A DNA stretch of 64,000 nt from Halegenticoccus tardaugens (GTDB lineage Archaea; Halobacteriota; Halobacteria; Halobacteriales; Haloferacaceae). The stretch lies in assembly GCF_004116405.1 (NCBI RefSeq), contig NZ_SDIC01000004.1:166079-230078 (forward strand). Reading direction: 5' to 3'. The notes beneath the pieces are model-generated. The model worked only from the letters and a program-made list of their open reading frames with translations, was not told where the DNA came from and made no database searches. Every line of letters starts with the position of its first letter. The first letter of the stretch is position 1. Positions 57,834 through 64,000 of the stretch are shown piece after piece. A program made the translations under genes and the position numbers.

Positions 57834-59081
57834 CTAAACGTCCCCGGCCATCGACTTGAACAGCCGGTCGATGAGGTCCCCCCGCGAGAGTCCGCACCCG
57901 ATCGCTCCACCGCCTCGGTCGCCACCCCCGCCGTTCGGAAGCACCTCCGGCTTTCGGATCTGTCCGCCGCCCATGCGGGCGTGGCCCCCGGCGCTGGCGT
58001 TCGTCACCTCCGACAGGGCCGTTTCGAGCGTCCGTCCCATGTGGACGCGGTCGTCCCGCGAGCGCCCGGAGAGGTAGACGGTCCCGTCGCGCTCGCCGCA
58101 GACGACGACGGCGGTGACGCCTTCGAGCTGGATGAGTTCGTCCGCCGCCTGCGGGATCGCGTCGACGTTCGAGAGCTGGCCGACGTCGCTCACGGCGAAC
58201 GACCCCCTTATCTGCCGGCCCGCGATGGCGCGAGCCTTGACCTCCAGCACCTCGGCGCTCACCTGCGGGTTCGCGATCCGATCGAGCACGCCCTCGTCGA
58301 TGCCCGGCGAGAGGTACGCGCTCGCCTCGAAGTCCGCGGCCGAACAGCCCGCGGTGAGCCGTTTCGTGTCGGCGAGGATGCCGTAGAGCAACCCCGTCGC
58401 GACGGCGGACGGGATCGTGTAGTCGGCGTCGATCTCGCTCGCGTGCTGGTCCGGCGGCACCGGCTTCGCACCGACGTCGCGGAAGTACTCGGCGACGATG
58501 CTCGAGCAGGAGCCGTAATCCGTGCGCACGTCCGTGAACTCCTCGCCCGCCCCGTCGCCGGGGTGGTGGTCGACGACCGCGAAGGGTAGGACGCCGCCGG
58601 CTCCGGCGAACCCCCGGGGGACGTTGTGATCGACCAGGACCACGCGCTCCGTGGCGAGCTGCGAGACGTGGTCGATGTGGTCGAGGTCGAGGTCGAGAAC
58701 GGTTCGAAAGGCGCGGTTTTCCTGGTGTCGTATCTGCCCGGCGTACTGGAGGACGGCTCTCGTGTCCACTTGCTCGGCGAGACAGGCGATTCCGACCGCC
58801 GCAGCCATCGCGTCGGGGTCGGGGTTCGGGTGCATCAGCACCGTGATCTCCTCCCGGTCAGCCAGCAGTTCCTTGAACCGCGCCCCCATCGGTCGTCGGA
58901 ATCGAAGCAGCGCGTACGCGCCCAAAAGGAGCGTCAGGAGGCCGACGACGAGTACCGCGACTAGCTGCGGGTCGGACCCGGCGACCGGATCGGTCTGCGC
59001 GGGGAGTCCCGTTCCGACGGCCCAGCGGCGCATAAGTTGCCAGACTCTTCCGACCGGCAAGAATGTTCCCCCAGGTATCAC
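57834..59081 (-). CDS. DHH-family phosphoesterase (DHH-DHHA1), membrane-anchored
   Basis: N-terminal TM, VLVDHN, DHH motif (VVDHHPGD), and a C-terminal DHHA1 GGGH (SAGGHARMGGG). Confidence 0.7.
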   Translation of the reverse strand: MIPGGTFLPVGRVWQLMRRWAVGTGLPAQTDPVAGSDPQLVAVLVVGLLTLLLGAYALLRFRRPMGARFKELLADREEITVLMHPNPDPDAMAAAVGIACLAEQVDTRAVLQYAGQIRHQENRAFRTVLDLDLDHIDHVSQLATERVVLVDHNVPRGFAGAGGVLPFAVVDHHPGDGAGEEFTDVRTDYGSCSSIVAEYFRDVGAKPVPPDQHASEIDADYTIPSAVATGLLYGILADTKRLTAGCSAADFEASAYLSPGIDEGVLDRIANPQVSAEVLEVKARAIAGRQIRGSFAVSDVGQLSNVDAIPQAADELIQLEGVTAVVVCGERDGTVYLSGRSRDDRVHMGRTLETALSEVTNASAGGHARMGGGQIRKPEVLPNGGGGDRGGGAIGCGLSRGDLIDRLFKSMAGDV

Positions 59082-59119
59082 TTCCGTGGAATGATAAACG
59101 GTCGGTTACGCGCCCTCGC

Positions 59120-60019
59120 TCACCTCGAATTCCGCTCGCGATAGGCGGTAATCGCCGCTTGATACCCCTCTCGGTAGGTCGGGTAGCGGAACTCGTACCC
59201 GAGTTCCCGGAGTCGGGCGTTCGAACACCGCTTGCTCGTCAGGATGCGCCGTCTCGCCGCCTCCGACAGATCGCCGGCCGCCAGCCGTTCTTCCTTAGTT
59301 CGCTTCGGCGGGGGTTCCACGCCGCACCGGTCGGCCAACCAGTCGGCGAACTCCCACTTCGAGGCCGGTTCGTCGTCGACGACGAGGACGACCGCGTCGC
59401 GCCCGCGGTCCTCCTCCAGTAGGAACGCGACCGCACCGGCCGCGTCGTCGCGGTGAACCATGTTCAGGTACCCCTCGGTGACGGGACCGTTGAGGTACCG
59501 TCCCATCCGATACCGATCCGGTCCGTAGAGGCCGGCGAAGCGCGCGACGGTGCCGTCGACGCCGCGCGCCGACGCCTCCTCGCGGGCGACGCGCTCCGCC
59601 TCCGCGAGCACCTCGGTCTTCTCCGTCGTCGGCTCGACCGGCGTCGACTCGTCGACCCAGTCGCCGCCGTGGTCGCCGTAGACGCCGGTGCTCGACGTGT
59701 AAACGAGTCGGTCCGGGGGATCGGCCCGCGAGGCGAACTCGTCGATCGCCGTCCGTAGCCCGTCGACGAACACCGATCGAGCCGCGTCGGCTCCCCGCCC
59801 GCCGGAACTCGCGGCGAAAACGAGCCAGTCGGCGTTCGGCACCTCCGCGAGCGATGCCGGTTCCGTGACGTCGGCTCGGACGGCGTCGAGGCCCGCCTCC
59901 GCTACGGCCCATAGCCCCGCGTCCGATCGGCGCACGCCCGTCACGTCGTGACCTTCGTCAGCCAGCCGCCGGCCCAGTTCGAGACCGACGTACCCGCAGC
60001 CGAGAACGACGACGCGCAT
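59120..60019 (-). CDS. NAD-dependent epimerase/dehydratase family (SDR-extended) protein
   Basis: MRVVVLGCGYVGLEL Rossmann motif and YTSSTGVYG. The start was verified. Confidence 0.8.
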   Translation of the reverse strand: MRVVVLGCGYVGLELGRRLADEGHDVTGVRRSDAGLWAVAEAGLDAVRADVTEPASLAEVPNADWLVFAASSGGRGADAARSVFVDGLRTAIDEFASRADPPDRLVYTSSTGVYGDHGGDWVDESTPVEPTTEKTEVLAEAERVAREEASARGVDGTVARFAGLYGPDRYRMGRYLNGPVTEGYLNMVHRDDAAGAVAFLLEEDRGRDAVVLVVDDEPASKWEFADWLADRCGVEPPPKRTKEERLAAGDLSEAARRRILTSKRCSNARLRELGYEFRYPTYREGYQAAITAYRERNSR

Positions 60020-60489
60020 CAGCGATCGTTGCGCTCGGCGACGAACCCGTGGATCGCCGCGAGCTCCGCCAGGGTCATCGGGACGCGGCCCTCGAGCGCC
60101 TGTTGAACCTCCTGACCGGTCAGGTCCGGTTCGATCTCCGCGGCGATGGTGTCCACGTCGAGCACGCCCGTGGTCATCCCCATCAACAGGTGGTCTCGGA
60201 CCTCCATGACGATGCTCCGGTCGTCGGGGTACGACTCGTCGGTCGCGAGCACCGACGCCGCCTCTTCGAGTGTCAGCTCGACCGACTCGCCGTCGGCGAG
60301 CGCCGCGACGGTTTCGCGGTCCAGACCCGTCTCCGCGACGACGGCGTCCGCGCCGACCGTTTCGACGACCGACCGGAGTTCGGCTTCGTACGCCGCGCGT
60401 AGCTCCGCGGGCGTCAGCGATCCCGGCCGCTCTGCTGCGTCGTAGAGCATACCACACGCTGGGCGGGCCGCGGGCAAAACCGTTGTCAC
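60019..60489 (-). CDS. hypothetical protein (acidic)
   Basis: 156 aa (or 143 aa from MLYDAAERPG at 60450). TGATG overlap with the downstream epimerase gene. Confidence 0.4.
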   Translation of the reverse strand: MTTVLPAARPACGMLYDAAERPGSLTPAELRAAYEAELRSVVETVGADAVVAETGLDRETVAALADGESVELTLEEAASVLATDESYPDDRSIVMEVRDHLLMGMTTGVLDVDTIAAEIEPDLTGQEVQQALEGRVPMTLAELAAIHGFVAERNDR

Positions 60490-63400
60490 TCGGGGTCACA
60501 CCCCTCTCGCTCGCTGGTCCCGCCTCCCGGTTCGCAGCCGGGCGTCGGCCACCCCGACGACCGCTCGTCCGCGTCCCCGTCGACGTCGCCGACGCCGGTG
60601 CCGCCCGCCGGAACCGCGACCACGACGGTCGTGCGCGTCTCGAACGACACCCGCTCGTTCCGTCCGAGCGGCTCCTCCTCGCCGTCGCCGTCCACGTCGA
60701 GCGCGGCGGTCGATCCGTCGCGGACGTATCGAGCGGTCGCGCCGCCGCCGTCGGGCGGTCCCGCCCGCGCGCGGACGGCGAACTCGTGGTACTCACCGCG
60801 GACGGTCACCGTCCAGACGTTGGTCGTCGCGTACCAGTACCCCGGGACAGGGGCAACGGGTAGCCCCGCGGGGACCGACACGAGCGCGTCGCCGAGCCAC
60901 CGATCCTTCGCCCGCTCCGTCGCGTTTTCGGCACCCTCGGCGACGAGCTTCTTCAACGCCTTCCGACCGAGTTCGCGCGTCGTCGTCGCGGTTCGATTCG
61001 TCGGCGACGCCGGAACGCGGGCGTCGTCGCTCCGGGCGGCGCGCCCGAGTTCGACCCGGAGTCGAACTCCGAGGCGATCCGCCCTCCGCTCCGAGAGGTC
61101 GCCCCGGGCCGCCGCCTCCGCGGCGATCGAACGGGCGAGCGAGCCGTTCGTCGCGGCGATCGCCCGGTGCCCGGAGTCGTTCCATCGCTCGAAGCCGGCG
61201 CTCACCGCGGCTCTCCGTTCCCGCGGCGACAGGCTCGGTTCTCGCGCGAGGCTCGTTCGCGCCGAACCGCCGACGACGGCGAGCGAATCGTCGACCTCGC
61301 CCCGGAGTCGGTCCCGGCGGGTCCGAAGCGCGTCGTCGTCCGTCGCAGCGAGGGTTCGGTTCGCGACCGTGAGCGCGCGGCCGGCCGTCGCGAGATCGAC
61401 CAGATCCTCGTCCGAGAACGCGGCCTCGGCGACGCCGTCGGCCGCGTCGTCCGTTGGGACGGTGAAGACGTTCACGTTCCGCGTCGCGAACGGCCGATAC
61501 TCGGCGTCCGACGGGAGCGACTCGACCTGTTGGCCCTCCACGCTCGACAGCGTGAGGTAGGCGGGCCCGCCGTCCGGAACGAACGCCGTCGGTCCGGTCG
61601 GTCCACCCCGTCCGCCCGAGCCGGCGTCCCGTCGCTCGGATCGAACCGCGTCTTTGCGAGCGTCGAGCGTCCTCCGAATGTCTTTGGCCAACCCGCCGCC
61701 CGCCCTCTCGGTTGCGCGTTCGATCCGTCCGTTCGCTTCGTCCGTCCGTTCGGCCCGCGCGTCGAGCGCGGCGATGACGCGGTCTAGGTAGGCCGCTCTG
61801 GCGGCGATCCGGGCCCTCTCCGCCGCCCCGTCGTACGTTTCCGGGGCGTCTAGCAGCTCCGCTCGGCGTTCGCGGAGGGTTGCCGCGAGCGCCGCGGGCG
61901 GATTCGCCTCCCCGGCAGCGATTTCGCCCCGCTGGCTCCGGACCGACACGTTCCGCACGCGGTCGCGGAGGTTCGCCGCGTCCTCGTACGCCCACCCCGA
62001 GAGGCGGTCCGGACGATCCCCGTACACGGTCGCCGAGGCGTCGTCGAGCGATCCGTCGACGGCGCGGCGCGCGACGCCGTCCGGACCGCCGTTTTCGTCG
62101 ACCAGCGCCTCGTGGGCGCCGTCCGGAACGTCTTCGAGGTTCGGTCCGGACAGCGCGCCGCCTCGTTCGAACGTCGGACTGGTCGGTGCGGACGGCGCGT
62201 TACCCGTCGGTCGGTACGCGCCCGTCAAGGCCATCGTCACCCGGTATCGGTCGTCCCACCCTGCCCGCCGCTCCCGCGTTTCGTTTCCCTTGCGCCACGT
62301 TCGGACGGCCTCGTGGTGGACGACGACCTCCCGCGTGTGCGTCTCGAACGTCTCGGCTTCCGTGTCGGCAGGTGACGTTCGACCGCCGCCGTCGGCCGGT
62401 CTGAAGACGATAGTGCGCTCGTCCGTCCGCTCGTCGACGAGCGTCCAGTTCTTCCCCGGCGGTCGCCGCGGCGGCTCGCGACCGTCGCGCGTCCGCGTCA
62501 CGGCGGTTCGAAGTTCGACCTCCGCCCGATACGACCCGCGAAGTGCGCCCTCGAACGAGTTCTCCCCTCCTTCTTCGACGAATTCGGCGAACGCGACGTC
62601 CGCCGACCGGTTCACGCCGACCGACACGTGGCCTTCGGGTTCGGGAGCGTCGGAATCGGCCGGGTCGAAGCGCGGGATCGGCTCGTCGTCGACTGGTCCG
62701 TTCGGTCGCGCGAGGACGGCGTCGGCCCACTCGTCCTCGTCTCTAAGCGGCGTCGGTGCGAGTAGGTCTTGCGCGCCGATCCGGGCGGTCGCCCGGTCGA
62801 GACCGACTCTCCCGGCCGGGTCGCTCCGTCCGAACACCGCTCGCTGAGTCCACAGCGCGCCGCCGTTCGTCGACAGTTCGACGTGGCGATTCGCGAGCAC
62901 GTTCTCGATCGGCGCGCCGCCGTACTGGCCGTAGCCGCGCGCCCAGACGACCGGGTACAGCCGGGCGGTCAGCTGTCTCCCGAGTCCCGGACCGTCGAGC
63001 GGCCCGCGGTTCAGCCGCCGCTCGTACGCCTCCGTCCGATCGTGGAGCGCCAGCACCGGCGTCGCGACGGTGACGGTGAACGTCTCGCTCTCGTCTGCGA
63101 CGAGCCGTCCCTCCCGCCTCGCGGTTTTCCGCACGTCGCGGACGACGACGCGCAGCGCGGTTCCGTTCGCCACCGGTTCGACCTCGACTCGTCGCTTCGC
63201 CGCGCGGAGGTCCACCGCGTCGTCCACGGGCGGGAGCGACGCCGACGCGACGACTTCCCCTCTCCGGTGACCCGCCGCTTCGAGTTCGCTCCGCGCGGCG
63301 AGGTAGATCCGGACGCGCAGGGCGTCGCGGAACGGCGTCGTGTCGTTCAGCGTTCGGCCCGCGGGCGTCGCGGCCGGTTCGATCACCGGTTCGCGCGCCG

Positions 63401-63605
63401 CATCCTCTGCGGCGTCGCTGACGGCGCTCCGGAGCGCGGTCGCGGCGTTCGCGTCGGTCCGGTCCATCGTCGTCTCGACGGCGCGGTCCTCCCGGATCGG
63501 TTCGCGCGTCGAGAGCGTCGTCGCGAACGCCGCGCTCGTCACGAGCAAGAGGACGCCGACGAGCGCGAACGGGATCCGCGCGCGGCGATCTTCGGCCAAC
63601 CTCAC
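60486..63605 (-). CDS. large (1039 aa) hypothetical protein with N-terminal signal-anchor TM helix
   Basis: GTG start. IPFALVGVLLLVTSAAFATTL TM, then a >1000 aa Asp/Arg/Ala-rich extracytoplasmic region. No catalytic motifs recognised. Confidence 0.5.
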   Translation of the reverse strand: MRLAEDRRARIPFALVGVLLLVTSAAFATTLSTREPIREDRAVETTMDRTDANAATALRSAVSDAAEDAAREPVIEPAATPAGRTLNDTTPFRDALRVRIYLAARSELEAAGHRRGEVVASASLPPVDDAVDLRAAKRRVEVEPVANGTALRVVVRDVRKTARREGRLVADESETFTVTVATPVLALHDRTEAYERRLNRGPLDGPGLGRQLTARLYPVVWARGYGQYGGAPIENVLANRHVELSTNGGALWTQRAVFGRSDPAGRVGLDRATARIGAQDLLAPTPLRDEDEWADAVLARPNGPVDDEPIPRFDPADSDAPEPEGHVSVGVNRSADVAFAEFVEEGGENSFEGALRGSYRAEVELRTAVTRTRDGREPPRRPPGKNWTLVDERTDERTIVFRPADGGGRTSPADTEAETFETHTREVVVHHEAVRTWRKGNETRERRAGWDDRYRVTMALTGAYRPTGNAPSAPTSPTFERGGALSGPNLEDVPDGAHEALVDENGGPDGVARRAVDGSLDDASATVYGDRPDRLSGWAYEDAANLRDRVRNVSVRSQRGEIAAGEANPPAALAATLRERRAELLDAPETYDGAAERARIAARAAYLDRVIAALDARAERTDEANGRIERATERAGGGLAKDIRRTLDARKDAVRSERRDAGSGGRGGPTGPTAFVPDGGPAYLTLSSVEGQQVESLPSDAEYRPFATRNVNVFTVPTDDAADGVAEAAFSDEDLVDLATAGRALTVANRTLAATDDDALRTRRDRLRGEVDDSLAVVGGSARTSLAREPSLSPRERRAAVSAGFERWNDSGHRAIAATNGSLARSIAAEAAARGDLSERRADRLGVRLRVELGRAARSDDARVPASPTNRTATTTRELGRKALKKLVAEGAENATERAKDRWLGDALVSVPAGLPVAPVPGYWYATTNVWTVTVRGEYHEFAVRARAGPPDGGGATARYVRDGSTAALDVDGDGEEEPLGRNERVSFETRTTVVVAVPAGGTGVGDVDGDADERSSGWPTPGCEPGGGTSEREGCDPE

Positions 63606-63633
63606 GGCCGCCTCCTCGACGTCGCGTTCGACC

Positions 63634-64000
63634 TCACGCCGACCACGTCCTGACGGTGATGCGGACCGACCGCATCTCGACGGTTCGGGCGGCCGCCTCC
63701 GGCGTCTCGAACTCCCGTCGGAGATCGCGCTCGACGGCGCGCGCGACCGCGTCCGCGAGCCGCTCGTTCGCGGCGGTCACGTTCCCCCGCTCGACCGTCG
63801 CCCCGAGATCCGCGTCGTACCGCCGCGCCGCTCGGCGGTACCGGTGCTCGGCAAGCGCCCGAACCGGGTAGTCGTCCCGCAGCGCGCGCCGCGTCCGGGT
63901 CGGCGGGAACGTCCCGCCGACGATCCGTTCGGCGAGCAGCGCCGAGACGGCCGAGAACCCGCCCTCTTCCGCGGCGGCGACGGTGTCCTCCCGCGTCGCC
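63634..64000 (-). CDS. hypothetical protein (3' fragment; gene continues beyond window end)
   Basis: Minus-strand frame ...AERIVGGTFPPTRTRRALRDDYPVRALAEHRY...VEMRSVRITVRTWSA* has coding-like composition. It ends 28 nt upstream of the 1039-aa gene. Confidence 0.35.
   Translation of the reverse strand, partial: ATREDTVAAAEEGGFSAVSALLAERIVGGTFPPTRTRRALRDDYPVRALAEHRYRRAARRYDADLGATVERGNVTAANERLADAVARAVERDLRREFETPEAAARTVEMRSVRITVRTWSA

Noticed and set aside
59120-60796. 558-aa minus-strand ORF
   Set aside because: Only the 3' 299 codons (from MRVVVLGCGYVG) encode the epimerase. The 5' portion is Arg/Gly-rich and overlaps the real 156-aa gene in another frame.
1-64000. Search for CRISPR arrays, rRNA, full tRNAs, IS/transposase/integrase genes, large tandem repeats
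   Set aside because: None was found by inspection. The only repeat structures are the 17-bp iterons at 6402-6459 and the short inverted repeats near 43905-43955. The only tRNA-like sequence is the 25-nt 3' fragment at 46975-46999.

Overview
This is a high-GC (~67%) contig from a halophilic archaeon (class Halobacteria). The evidence is an acidic proteome, a thermosome subunit, TFB, membrane-bound LonB, trpCBA, archaeal-type shikimate enzymes and Tat signal peptides. Gene order (thermosome cct3-like, nadM with a DUF62 gene, lonB-abi, trpCBA, class-I aldolase/ADH synthase, SDR, aroB', aroD, orphan DNA methyltransferase, trkH, tfb) appears syntenic with Haloferax-like genomes; this is recalled from memory and was not checked. 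Most of the window is dense housekeeping coding sequence (about 60 genes). No rRNA, full-length tRNA, CRISPR array, transposase or integrase was found. Three compositionally atypical (lower-GC) islands stand out.

1. A two-gene, translationally coupled module at 17862-19882, inserted between the SDR gene and aroB'. It encodes a protein with a PD-(D/E)xK nuclease-like signature plus a 393-aa partner with no recognisable motifs. This is the best candidate for an undescribed toxin/immunity or defence system.
2. A vapBC (AbrB-antitoxin/PIN-toxin) cassette at 6479-7221, preceded by four phased 17-bp GTAnTAC repeats.
3. An AT-rich promoter with a perfect 8-bp inverted repeat driving a Tat-secreted M23 metallopeptidase at 43963-44700. 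This peptidoglycan-type hydrolase is unexpected in an archaeon.

Many long ORFs in the supplied track are antisense or out-of-frame artefacts of the high GC content and were rejected.
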